The notes beneath the pieces are model-generated. The model was not told the origin of the DNA. It did no database searches and was given only the letters and a program-made list of their open reading frames with translations. The position numbers and the translations under genes were made by a program. DNA of 64,000 bases from Myxococcota bacterium (GTDB lineage: Bacteria; Myxococcota_A; UBA9160; SZUA-336), in the NCBI GenBank assembly GCA_965247115.1, contig CBDFGR010000003.1:1920001-1984000 (forward strand). Reading direction: 5' to 3'. The stretch's first letter is position 1, and the number at the start of each line of letters is the position of its first letter. Below, piece after piece: positions 47,776 through 57,292 of this stretch.

Positions 47776-47968
47776 CTGAACCTCTAGTCGGCGCTGCGCT
47801 CGGACGGCATCGAATGGGAAGAGGCGTTGCCATGAGAAAAGAGTCTAGCGCTTGCGAGGGTGAAACCGGTACTTGACTACGTGTATCTCAGCAGGCGACG
47901 ATCATACGGGCGCGTGTACAATCCGGGGTCTCCAGACCCATCACCCACCGACGGAGGAGGGCAAGGTC

Positions 47969-48388
47969 GTGACAACAGTCAAGGTAGTGGAGAAGGTACC
48001 AGCGTCAGCCGCTGATGTGTGGGCGTTACTCGGCGATTTCGGCGGCATCAAGATCTCCGGCATGATCAAGTCGTTCGAGGTCGAAGGGGAGGGCGTCGGA
48101 GCGGTTCGGACCATCGGCCTGGGCGACGGGACCGTGGTGGAGCGGCTGGACCGCTACGATACCAGGCAGCGCATCCTCACCTACTCGATCACGAACGATG
48201 ATTGCCCTCTGCCCGTGAGCAGCTACTCGGCCACGATCAAGATCGCAGACGACGGCGACGGGTCGTGCACGGTCGACTGGACAGGCACCTTCGAGCCTAA
48301 GGGCGTTCCGGAAGAGCAGGCGTCCGCCGTCGTGGAAGGTATCTACACCGGCGGCATCAAGGGCGCCCGCAAGCAACTGAGCGTCTGA
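47969..48388 (+). CDS. SRPBCC family protein
   Basis: ASAADVWALLGDF, GVGAVRT, VERL, YSATI, VDWTGTF; GGAGG SD. Confidence 0.85.
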   Translation: MTTVKVVEKVPASAADVWALLGDFGGIKISGMIKSFEVEGEGVGAVRTIGLGDGTVVERLDRYDTRQRILTYSITNDDCPLPVSSYSATIKIADDGDGSCTVDWTGTFEPKGVPEEQASAVVEGIYTGGIKGARKQLSV

Positions 48389-48427
48389 ACACCTCATTCT
48401 GGTGGGATCCTCGACCTAGGGAGGCAC

Positions 48428-49819
48428 ATGGACCTTATCCTGCGCAACGGAACCGTGGTGACGGCGACGGATACGGTTCAGGCCGACGTCGGTATCGAAG
48501 GTGGAGTCGTGAAGCAGATCGGTCGGGCCCTCGCCGGTCCTGCCGCTCGCGAGATCGACGTCGCTGGCCGCTACCTCTTCCCAGGCGGTGTCGACGTGCA
48601 CACGCACGCGGAGTGCCAGCTCATCGGAGCGCAGACGATCGACGACTTCTACTCGTCGACGGTTCAGGCGGCCTACGGGGGCGTGACGACGATCGTGGAC
48701 TATGCCCTGGGCGCACCCAATCAGACGCTTCTTCAGTCCCTCGAGCAGTGGAACGCCATGGCTCGCAACAAGACCATCATCGACTACGGGCTCCACTCGG
48801 TGCTGTTCAAAACGCACGAGCGTACCGTCGCCGAGATGGCCGAGGTCGTTGCCGAGGGCTACACGAGCTTCAAGATCTTCACCACCGGTCGCTTCGACGC
48901 CCAGGTCGAGCGCTTCTATGCTGCGATCGCCGAGGCCGGACGCCTCGGCGCTCTCGTCAACATTCACTGCGAGGATCAGGCCTGCATCACGCACAAGATG
49001 CTGGAACTCGATCGCGACGGACATGCGGGCGATGTTCGCTACTACCCCGATTCGCGTACTCGGAGCTCCGAGGAAGTTGCCGTGCAGCGCGCGATCCAGC
49101 TGGCACGAGCTGCAGACGCGCCGATCTACCTGGTCCACCTCTCGTGCGAAGAGAGTCTCGCGGCCATCAACGACGCGCGCGGACACGGTCAGACCGTCTA
49201 CGGCGAGACCCGCCCGATCTATCTGCACCTGTCTCGGGAGCGCTATGAGGAGAAGGCCGACGCGGAGCGCTACTTCTGCTGGCCGCCGCTGCGTGAGGCG
49301 AACCAGATGGACGTGCTGTGGCAGGCCCTCGACTCGAACGTGCTGCAGACGGTAGCGACGGATCACATCGGCTGGACACTGGAGCAGAAGAAGTCACGCC
49401 CGAAGCTGGACGAGGCGATTCCAGGCATGGCCAACCTCGAGACGTTGCTGCCCATGCTCTACTCCGAGGGTGTCGGGAAGGGGCGGCTCTCCCTCAACCG
49501 CTTCGTGGAGGTGAGCGCCACGAACCCAGCCAAGCTGTTCGGGCTGTACCCCAAGAAAGGAACGATCGCGGTCGGCTCAGATGCCGACATCGTGGTGTTC
49601 GATCCGGACAAGGAAGAGACGATCCGGGCGGAGAGCATGCACTCGAACCAGGACTGGGAGCTCCACGAGGGCTTCCGGGTCAAGGGCTGGCCCGAGCTGA
49701 CGATCTCGCGTGGCGAGGTCATCGTCGAGCGGGGCAAGCTCCTCGCAGAGGCGGGCCGCGGCCAGCTGGTCAAGCGCAAGCGCTTCTCCGAGATCCAGAA
49801 CATCGAGAACGTGAGGTGA
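48428..49819 (+). CDS. hydA: Dihydropyrimidinase / D-hydantoinase
   Basis: PGGVDVHTH, GGVTTIVDY, SFKIF, IHCE, VHLS, PPLR, ATDH, NPAKLFGLYPKKG. Confidence 0.88.
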   Translation: MDLILRNGTVVTATDTVQADVGIEGGVVKQIGRALAGPAAREIDVAGRYLFPGGVDVHTHAECQLIGAQTIDDFYSSTVQAAYGGVTTIVDYALGAPNQTLLQSLEQWNAMARNKTIIDYGLHSVLFKTHERTVAEMAEVVAEGYTSFKIFTTGRFDAQVERFYAAIAEAGRLGALVNIHCEDQACITHKMLELDRDGHAGDVRYYPDSRTRSSEEVAVQRAIQLARAADAPIYLVHLSCEESLAAINDARGHGQTVYGETRPIYLHLSRERYEEKADAERYFCWPPLREANQMDVLWQALDSNVLQTVATDHIGWTLEQKKSRPKLDEAIPGMANLETLLPMLYSEGVGKGRLSLNRFVEVSATNPAKLFGLYPKKGTIAVGSDADIVVFDPDKEETIRAESMHSNQDWELHEGFRVKGWPELTISRGEVIVERGKLLAEAGRGQLVKRKRFSEIQNIENVR

Positions 49820-49935
49820 CGGAAGACCGAGGCCCGCTCCCCTGCGAGGCTCTCGGTTAGCGGCCGAGGTACGGCTCGGGAAGGGCTCCGTTCGCGTAGA
49901 GAAGTTCTCGCACCACCGGGACCGACGTGTGCGGA

Positions 49936-50532
49936 CTACGGGATGAGGCCCCGCTTCTGCAGGTCCTCGTTGGCAGCCTTCGCGATGCCATCGATCACCT
50001 CGTCCGCGCTCTCGGGGTTGACCGTACTACTCACCACCGCCCAGAGGAGCTGACCCCCGGCTACGTCGTAGAGGCTCGTCTCCACGATCACGTGGGTGTC
50101 CGTGCGGTAGTGACCGGGCTCCTGGACGACAGTGCGGCCCCAGTAGCCGTAGTAGCCGCCGGGGACGGTGTGGGTCATACCGGGCACGTACTTCGTCTTG
50201 TCTTCGACGCGGACGAGACTCAGGGTGATGGCGCCGTCGATCCCGTGCCGCTCGAGGACAGCGCGCAAACGTTTGACGTCCGCCCGGTCCGCTTGACTCA
50301 CCAGGGTGTAGGCCGGCGTCACCTTCGTTCTGGTTGCCGAGCCCGCGATCGCATCCTCGACAATTCGTTGCCGCAGCTCGTCCGGCAGCGCCGCGATCGC
50401 AATGACGTGTTTGAACGCGAGGTCCGATGCCACGAGACCCGGGGCGGTCCAGCTATCGACGATCTTGGTCGTCGAGCAGCCGACGAGCAGAGAGAGGCAG
50501 ACCAGCGTGAGAAGCGGTTCCGGAATGCGCAT
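49936..50532 (-). CDS. Hypothetical lipoprotein
   Basis: LLVG-C lipobox; DSWTAP; YYGYWG; VETSLYDV...LLW. Confidence 0.75.
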   Translation of the reverse strand: MRIPEPLLTLVCLSLLVGCSTTKIVDSWTAPGLVASDLAFKHVIAIAALPDELRQRIVEDAIAGSATRTKVTPAYTLVSQADRADVKRLRAVLERHGIDGAITLSLVRVEDKTKYVPGMTHTVPGGYYGYWGRTVVQEPGHYRTDTHVIVETSLYDVAGGQLLWAVVSSTVNPESADEVIDGIAKAANEDLQKRGLIP

Positions 50533-50559
50533 CGAAGATCCTCCTGGACGCGTAGTGTA

Positions 50560-50985
50560 CTAGCCGTTCAGCTCTACCGTAGCATGGCCCGGCGAAGTGA
50601 CCTCTCCGGCTTCGTTCTTTACGAAGATCTCTACCGTGACACGACAGTTGTCGGCATCGATCTCGGTGACGACACCACCGGTCGTCAGCGTTTCGCCCAG
50701 ATACGCCGCGCGCCGGTTGCTGTAGTCGAACCCGACCAGCCGCCCATCTTCGCCTACCCAGTTGATCACACACTGCGACAGCCAGTCTCCCTGCAGCGGC
50801 CCGTCGATGACGATGCCTGGGTATTTCTCCACCTCGATGGTGTAACGCTCGTCGTAATGGATCCGCTGTGCGTTCCAGACCGCCGCGTTGTACATGAACA
50901 GCGACATGTTGGTCGCGGTGAAGTCTCGGCTCGGAAGCGAGTCTCCGACGCTCAGCTGGGACATCTTCATCGGTTTACCTCGCAA
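50560..50985 (-). CDS. MaoC-like (hotdog) dehydratase
   Basis: YNAAVWNAQRIHYD, VIDGPLQG. Confidence 0.82.
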   Translation of the reverse strand: MRGKPMKMSQLSVGDSLPSRDFTATNMSLFMYNAAVWNAQRIHYDERYTIEVEKYPGIVIDGPLQGDWLSQCVINWVGEDGRLVGFDYSNRRAAYLGETLTTGGVVTEIDADNCRVTVEIFVKNEAGEVTSPGHATVELNG

Positions 50986-51433
50986 TCATCGTTCGAATCT
51001 CATCGAGCACCGGCTCGCCGTCGGCGGTCTTCACCTCCAGCGTGCGCTCGGTGAAGATCAGCGGTCCGGTCGCTCCTTGCTTCTCGAGCAGATTGGTGAT
51101 GCGCTGCGTCCCGATCAAGCGGTCACCGGGCCTGATCGACCGATGCAGCCGCAGCTTGGTGCCGCCAGCCATCACGCGCTTCAGCGGCAGCTTGGGGCCA
51201 GCGCCATCTCGCGCAAGCCCGTCGGGACGCATGTTCGCCATTTGCTGCAGCCGCCCGAACAGGTTGAAGATAAACATCGGTGGGGCCTCGTCGCCGATCA
51301 CGTACTTTTGCTGCACCTGCTCGGTTGCGATCGCGTATTTGACGATATCTCGACGGCTGATCTCGACCTCGACCGGAGGCTCGGGCTTACCGATCCAAGA
51401 TAGATGCTCGTCGGTCAGCAATGAAGGCATCAT
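50975..51433 (-). CDS. MaoC N-terminal half-domain (FAS1-like) dehydratase partner
   Basis: ISRRDIVKYAIA, APPMF, VMAGG, IRPGD, KQGATGPLIF. Confidence 0.8.
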   Translation of the reverse strand: MMPSLLTDEHLSWIGKPEPPVEVEISRRDIVKYAIATEQVQQKYVIGDEAPPMFIFNLFGRLQQMANMRPDGLARDGAGPKLPLKRVMAGGTKLRLHRSIRPGDRLIGTQRITNLLEKQGATGPLIFTERTLEVKTADGEPVLDEIRTMIAR

Positions 51434-51536
51434 GCGACTCCGTTCGCGATTGTGTTGGCACTCGCAGCGCGCACCCAGCTAGCGGCTTTCGCCCTCAGTT
51501 GGGGACTGGCCGTCGTCGCAACTCCCGGCACCGGCG

Positions 51537-52367
51537 TCAGGCGTAAATATTGTCTCCGACGCCCATCATGCGGGAGACCCCCTCGTTCTCCTGGGGGACC
51601 GATGGGCCGTCCCGGTCCGTCGGGTAAGGGTGCCACAGACCGAGCACGTCGTTGAGCTCGGGGTACTTCGCAACCGCCTTGGCGTTGTCGCCAACGGTTA
51701 CCGTCTCGGACCAGATGGCGAGCGAGCCGGCACGGCCTACGAGCGGCACCGGCTGAACCGGGGCGTTCTCTTCCCACCAGTTCGCCTCGTCGGTTCGAGG
51801 TATGCGCCCGAACCGGTGGCTACCCGGGACGAGAACGGTCGGACCGTCCTCCTGGTCGGTGTAGTCGGTGAGCAGCCATGAGATGTTCACGAGCTGCGCC
51901 CATTCGGGGAGTGGGGAGGGCACACCGTGCGTGTCGGTATGCAGACGCATGTAGCCGTCCGGATTGAGTCGATCGGGCGTGCCGATGGTCTTGATGATCG
52001 CCGGTGTGCCCTGCAGCACCGCACTGCGGCCGCACATGAATCGCGCCACGCACAGGCCGACGGGGTGGAGTGCGGCCTCGATGAACGCCTCGTCCTCGAA
52101 CAGCCAGCATCACGCCTTCCGTCCCCCCCAGGGATGGGAGTGGATCTGCCAATCGTCAGGGACAGTCAGGTCATGCCGCTCGGCCATGACCCTCAGGATG
52201 GCGTCGCGAATCCTCTCGATCAGATCGGGACTGCCAACCTTTTCGGGGGGGATGAGGGTCACCCCATAGGCGTGCAGCTCCAGCAGATGCCTCTCGATGC
52301 CGAGCCGTCGAGCCTCCAGGCGAATCGCATCGGTGTCGGCCACGTTGTCGAGTGCTGGAATATCCAT
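51537..52367 (-). pseudogene. Phytanoyl-CoA dioxygenase (PhyH) family pseudogene
   Basis: Collinear with 53656-54543; in-frame TGA at 52110-52112 where the paralog has Trp; segment holding the distal His (WHG) is deleted. Confidence 0.82.
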
Positions 52368-52380
52368 CGTCAGCTCCTAG

Positions 52381-53655
52381 CAGGCTGCGGAGAAAGTGAC
52401 TGGTTGAGGGGTGGTCCTTCCGACGAGGGGGTTCACCGGCCGAGGGGCGGGGCGCGATTCCCGGTTCGAACCGGTCTTGGGCTCCGCTGATCGCGGGGCG
52501 GTTTCGCACATGACCTACGTGGCCTCCAGCAGCTTGCGGATCCGGATCAGGTTGTAGGCTGCGGCCGTGAAGGTGAAGACCCAGCCGACCCGATCCGTGC
52601 CGCGGTGTCGGGTCTTGCGCATCAGCCCCACGGTCTTCATCCAGCCGAAGACCTCTTCCACCCGTTTGCGAAAACGCTGACTCAGTTCGTAGCCCCGGTG
52701 GCGCGTCGTCCGCCCGTCGATCGCGCTGCGTCGATTCGTCGTGTTCTGCGCCACGTGTGGGGTCACGCCCAACTCTCGAAGCTCTTCCACGAACCCCTTC
52801 GTGTCGAAGCCCTTGTCTCCGCCCAATGTCCTCCGACGCCCGCCTCCCAGACCTTCCACCATCTCGAGCGCCGCTTCGCGCTCCGCATATCCCGACGCCT
52901 GCGTGAGCTTCGCCGCGACCACCAAGCCGTTCCGGTTCTCCGTCACCACGTGTCCCTGGTACGCGAGTCGGGCGCCTTGGCCTCTCATACCGGCGAGTCG
53001 TGCGTCGGGATCCGTCGTCGACGCATGCGTCTGGTTGCTCCGCTTCTCGCCTCGGAAGTTCACCGTCGGGTTGCCCGGGTCATCGTCGTCTCTCCGTTCC
53101 TCGTCCTTCCGTACGAAGCTCTTCTGGCTCGCCCACGCCTCGATCAGCGTCCCGTCTACCGTGAAGTGCTCCAACGACACCCATCCCTCGGTCTCGGCCT
53201 GCTCCAGCACTGCGTCGAAGAAGTGCTCGGCAATCTCGCCCTTGAGCAGCCGGTCTCGGTTCTTCGTGAACACCGTGGCGCTGAACACCACCTCGTCAAG
53301 CTCCAGACCCACGAACCAGCGATACAGCAGGTTGTACTCCAGCTGCTCCACCAGCTGCCGCTCGCTCCGGATGGTGTAGAGCACCTGCAGCAGCAGGGCG
53401 CGCAGCAGCTGCTCCGGGGGCACGGACGGGCGCCCTACGCCTCTGGCGTAGATCGCGTCGAAGCGCGGCGATAGCCGCTGCAGCGCCGTGTCGACCATGC
53501 GCCGCATCGCTCGAAGCGGATGATCATCCGGAATCCGCGACTCCAGCGACACGTAGCTGAACATCCCGCCCTGAAGCGTCCCCTGTCCTCTCACGCCTCC
53601 CCCTTTGGGGCTCGCTCCCAAGGTACCCTTCGATGAGGAGTTTTTCAGCAGCCTG
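52381..53655 (-). mobile_element. IS5-family insertion sequence, copy 2 (1275 bp)
   Basis: Same IRs as copy 1; CTAG at 52377-52380 and 53656-53659. Confidence 0.93.
52515..53594 (-). CDS. IS5-family DDE transposase
   Basis: Translation identical to 9107-10186. Confidence 0.92.
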   Translation of the reverse strand: MRGQGTLQGGMFSYVSLESRIPDDHPLRAMRRMVDTALQRLSPRFDAIYARGVGRPSVPPEQLLRALLLQVLYTIRSERQLVEQLEYNLLYRWFVGLELDEVVFSATVFTKNRDRLLKGEIAEHFFDAVLEQAETEGWVSLEHFTVDGTLIEAWASQKSFVRKDEERRDDDDPGNPTVNFRGEKRSNQTHASTTDPDARLAGMRGQGARLAYQGHVVTENRNGLVVAAKLTQASGYAEREAALEMVEGLGGGRRRTLGGDKGFDTKGFVEELRELGVTPHVAQNTTNRRSAIDGRTTRHRGYELSQRFRKRVEEVFGWMKTVGLMRKTRHRGTDRVGWVFTFTAAAYNLIRIRKLLEAT

Positions 53656-54543
53656 CTAGGCGTACTGGTCGAGGCCGGCCTCGATGGTCGGCTGCATGTG
53701 CTCGGGGTGGGCGACCTCCTCCTGGAAGGGGTAGAGCCGCTCGTATCCAAGGAGTCTGGGGAGGTCAGGCCAGCGCTCGAGCTGCTCCGGCGAGATTGGC
53801 TTGCGGCGCTCAACCGGGCGCATGAACACCCGCTGCCACACGTGCACCAGCGTGATCCGCATGCCTGGCTTCGTCCGGCGCCTTGACCCGTGCCACATTG
53901 CCCCGTTCCACACCGCCAGCGACCCGGCCGGGCCCTGCAGGGAGACGGGTTTGATGTGATCGTGACTGTTGACGTGAGCCTGAGACTCGTCCGGGCGGGG
54001 CATTCGGCCCCGGTGACTGCCGGGTACGAGCAATGTCGGCCCATCCTCGGTGCAGAGGTAGTCCGTAAGCAGCCATGAAAGGTTGGCGTAGGTGGCGAAG
54101 CTCGGCCACGGCGGCGGGACCCCGTGGCTGTCGCTGTGCAGGGGCAGGTCGAACTCCTGCTGCCTGGTCTTGAGGATCACGGCCGCGCCGGCGATGAAGC
54201 CGCTCTGGCCCGTGAGAAACTGGCCGATGGTCTGGAACACCGGATTGTGGATGGCCTCGAGGAACGCGTCGTCCTCGAGCATCCATCCCCAGGACTGGAA
54301 CCGCCCGAGCTTCCCCTCGTGGGTCTGCCAGTCGCCGATCTGCTTTCCGCTGCGCCTCTCGTACACTTGGAGGATGGCGGTCCGGAGCCTCTTGGTCAGC
54401 TCGGGCGGCGCCAGCTTCTCAGGAGGCACGACCGTGAACCCGTACATCACGAGATCCAACAGGTTCTCCTCGATGTCGTACTTCCGAGCTCGCTGCATGA
54501 TGTCATCGAGCTCGCGATTGGTGCCGCGCGATGGGAAATCCAC
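53656..54543 (-). CDS. Phytanoyl-CoA dioxygenase (PhyH) family Fe(II)/2OG oxygenase
   Basis: LHSD...WLLTDY...GPTLLVPGSH...WHG facial triad; GTG start after AAGGAGG. Confidence 0.88.
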   Translation of the reverse strand: MDFPSRGTNRELDDIMQRARKYDIEENLLDLVMYGFTVVPPEKLAPPELTKRLRTAILQVYERRSGKQIGDWQTHEGKLGRFQSWGWMLEDDAFLEAIHNPVFQTIGQFLTGQSGFIAGAAVILKTRQQEFDLPLHSDSHGVPPPWPSFATYANLSWLLTDYLCTEDGPTLLVPGSHRGRMPRPDESQAHVNSHDHIKPVSLQGPAGSLAVWNGAMWHGSRRRTKPGMRITLVHVWQRVFMRPVERRKPISPEQLERWPDLPRLLGYERLYPFQEEVAHPEHMQPTIEAGLDQYA

Positions 54544-54578
54544 GTCTTCCCCTCCTTTACCCGCAATATGCGGGAACC

Positions 54579-56273
54579 TCAGCGCTTGAGCCCGCCGGCC
54601 ACGCCCATCCGGCGCGGGTCTGCGGTCGCCCCGAGCTTGCCCGTGCTCTCGTCGCGCCAGCACAGCTGGAACGAGCCCATGTGGAAGTCGTACACGGGGG
54701 TCACGCGCAGGCCGACGCCGAGCCGCGCCAGAGCAGCTTGGGCCTCGTCGCTGACGCGGTCCTCCATGTTGAAGGAGTTGCCCTCGTCCATCGGGCCCAT
54801 GCGCGGAGCGTCCACCGCCGGGTAGGGGTCCATCTCGAAGTCGAGCAGATTCGTGAGGACCTGCGGCACGGTGAAGGCCACGTTGCCCGGTGAGCCAAGC
54901 GAGTATACGGGAGCGCCATCTCTGAGCACCATGGTGTTGCCAATGGTGCTGCGCAGGCGGAACCCTTTCCGGATCTTGGCGTCGATCGGACTCGAGTTCG
55001 AGCCGAAGGTGGCGTGCGAGCCTACCATCGGTACGCCTCCGACGACCATGCCGGGAATGCCACCCGATTGGAGCGTGTTCATCATCTGCACCCAGTTTCC
55101 CTCTCGATCGACGACGGCGAGCTCGCAGCTCCCGGCGGGCTGATGCTGGCGGCTGCTTCCGCCGGTCGGCTTGCCCGCGTGCACGAAGCCGAAGCCAGGA
55201 TCACCCGGCCCCTTGGTAAGCGCGGTGTGCTGCGTAAGGTCGACCTTTGGTCGAGAGCCCGAGATCAGCCCGGCCAGCATGCGGTGGTACGCGTCGTCGA
55301 GCAGCACGTCTAGCGGAACGCCCTGCCCCTTCGGGTCGTTCGCGTACTCGTAGTGCTGCTGACCCTTGCGCAGCGCGTGCGCCATCGCGTAGAGCGCGTC
55401 CCCCGAGCCCGGCTCCATCTCGCGCACTCCGAGGTGCCTCAGGATACCGAGCACGATCGCGCAGAAGATGCCCTGGAGCTCGGGCGGCCCGAGGCTCGCC
55501 ACTTCGTGCTCGTGGTGCGGGAAGCAGACCGGGTCGACCCAGCGCGGCGGTGTCTCGGTCATGTGCTTCTTCTTGATCTTCCAGCCCATCTCGTTGGCCT
55601 TGCGGATGAACTGCTCCGCCCAGCCGCCGGTGATCATGTAGTCGGGGCCTTCTTTCGCGACGCCTTTTAGTGTCGCAGCCATCTCCACGCTACCGAAGCG
55701 CTCGCCGACGTTCGCGAAGTAGCCAGCCGGCATGTAGAAGGCGCGTCCCTCTGGCAAGTACGTGATGAAATCCTGCGCCCACACGTTCACGCCGTACTCG
55801 AACGAAGAGACGGGGTGTCCCTCCTCGGCCCAGTCGATGGCGTCCTCGCAGAGGCGCGCCCACTTCAGGCTGCCGAAGCGCTCGTAGATGGCCTTGAGAC
55901 CCGGCATGAAGCCGGGGATGCACGATGACGGTGGACTGACGGCGTAGCCGACCGACATGCGCGGGACGGGCTTGTGCGGGCGGAGCCCGGCCGGGAAGGT
56001 GCCGCTCGACTCGAGCTGGTGGAGCTGGCCGGTTGCCGCCTCGTAGTAGAGGAACGTGACCGTACCCGTATGGTTGGTCATGAAGGGCTCGACGGCCGCC
56101 TGCACCATGCACCCCGCGATGGCCGCGTCGGCGGCGTTCCCATCCTCCTTCAGGACCTCCTCGATCGTCTCCGTGACGATCGCGTTGTCCGTGCTGACGG
56201 CGGCGCGGAGGCCGGTCAACGGCTCCTTGGATCCGGGATTCCGCACGTAACGAGAGACGGGCTTTCGAGCCAT
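54579..56273 (-). CDS. Gamma-glutamyltransferase family Ntn-hydrolase (atypical nucleophile)
   Basis: GNAADAAIA...AVEP, IPG, RFGSLKW, VVDREGN, LGSPG, AVDAPR, ADPRR. Confidence 0.88.
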   Translation of the reverse strand: MARKPVSRYVRNPGSKEPLTGLRAAVSTDNAIVTETIEEVLKEDGNAADAAIAGCMVQAAVEPFMTNHTGTVTFLYYEAATGQLHQLESSGTFPAGLRPHKPVPRMSVGYAVSPPSSCIPGFMPGLKAIYERFGSLKWARLCEDAIDWAEEGHPVSSFEYGVNVWAQDFITYLPEGRAFYMPAGYFANVGERFGSVEMAATLKGVAKEGPDYMITGGWAEQFIRKANEMGWKIKKKHMTETPPRWVDPVCFPHHEHEVASLGPPELQGIFCAIVLGILRHLGVREMEPGSGDALYAMAHALRKGQQHYEYANDPKGQGVPLDVLLDDAYHRMLAGLISGSRPKVDLTQHTALTKGPGDPGFGFVHAGKPTGGSSRQHQPAGSCELAVVDREGNWVQMMNTLQSGGIPGMVVGGVPMVGSHATFGSNSSPIDAKIRKGFRLRSTIGNTMVLRDGAPVYSLGSPGNVAFTVPQVLTNLLDFEMDPYPAVDAPRMGPMDEGNSFNMEDRVSDEAQAALARLGVGLRVTPVYDFHMGSFQLCWRDESTGKLGATADPRRMGVAGGLKR

Positions 56274-56331
56274 TGGGGGAAACCGCGAGCTAATTGGCAG
56301 AGATCTTACCAATATCGCGGGCGGTGTGGTG

Positions 56332-57246
56332 TCACCCGCGGAAGGCGGGCAACACCTCGGTCGCCATGAGACGGTGATTCTCTTGCAGGTGGCTCGACGG
56401 ACACGCCGACGCGAGGATCACGGTGGAGGCGCCTGCGTCAGCATATTCGCGAAGGCGGGCGATGCAATCTTCCGTGCTTCCCGCTAGCGCGTACTTACCG
56501 ACCAGCTTCGAGAAGTCCTGGTTGTACTGAACCGAGAGCTGCTCCGTCGCCATCTCGAGGCCGCGGTCGCGCTCCTCGCTGACCGCAAAGAACAGAAATA
56601 CGCCCGGGGTCACGGGATCGCTGCGGCCGAAGTCCGCCCGGTAGCGGGCAACGGTTTTGATGCTCTCGGCAAGCATCTCGGGCGTGTACATGTAGGGCAG
56701 CCAGCCGTTGGCAAAGCGCGCGGTGCGCTTCATCGCTGCCTCGCGCCTGCCCGCAACCCAGATCGGAGGATGCGGCTTCTGGACCGGTTGCGGGGCCAAC
56801 GTAACGCCGGGGAGTCGCGTGAAGCGCCCATCAAAGTGGACCTTCTCTTCGGTCCACAAACGGGTCAGGACTTCGAGCGCTTCGTCGGTGCGCACGCCGC
56901 GCTCCTTCACGGGGACCCCGCAGGCCTCGAATTCCGGGGCAAACTCACCCCCAACACCTACGCCCAGGTGGAAGCGTCCCCCGGAGACGACGTCGAGAGC
57001 GGTGACCTGTTTGGCAAGCAGTGCCGTCCCGTAGAGAGGAACGAGGGTGATGGTGCTCATCAGCTTGATCCGCTCCGTCGCACCCGCGGCCGCCGCTAGA
57101 GAGATCAGGCCGTTGCCGGTCGGCCCGTGGAAGAAGACGTGCTCTCCGGCCGTGACGAACTGATAGCCGAGGTCCTCGGCTTGCCGTGCTGCCAGTGCGA
57201 CGTCGTCGAGCCGACGCAATGAGAGGCCAAATTCGATCTCGGACAT
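56332..57246 (-). CDS. LLM-class (possibly F420-dependent) oxidoreductase
   Basis: AEDLGY...GEH, LAKQVTALDVVSGGRF.LGVGVG, PQPVQKPHPPIWVAG. Confidence 0.9.
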   Translation of the reverse strand: MSEIEFGLSLRRLDDVALAARQAEDLGYQFVTAGEHVFFHGPTGNGLISLAAAAGATERIKLMSTITLVPLYGTALLAKQVTALDVVSGGRFHLGVGVGGEFAPEFEACGVPVKERGVRTDEALEVLTRLWTEEKVHFDGRFTRLPGVTLAPQPVQKPHPPIWVAGRREAAMKRTARFANGWLPYMYTPEMLAESIKTVARYRADFGRSDPVTPGVFLFFAVSEERDRGLEMATEQLSVQYNQDFSKLVGKYALAGSTEDCIARLREYADAGASTVILASACPSSHLQENHRLMATEVLPAFRG

Positions 57247-57292
57247 GATGAGTTGCCTCCAGCTTCGGGGTATTCCCGTTCAAGACCGTGAG

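Noticed and set aside
52110..52112. Selenocysteine or Trp recoding of the in-frame TGA
   Set aside because: Aligned residue is Trp, other genes here use TGA as stop, and the gene has a second inactivating deletion
8973..53655. Composite transposon bounded by the two same-orientation IS copies
   Set aside because: The interval contains core genes (rplU, rpmA, obg, proBA, greA), and copy 2 has mutually consistent flanks (PhyH stop + PhyH SD), indicating an independent simple insertion
53595..54044. N-terminally extended 509-aa transposase
   Set aside because: The extension lies largely outside the IS, overlaps PhyH in another frame, and is absent from copy 1
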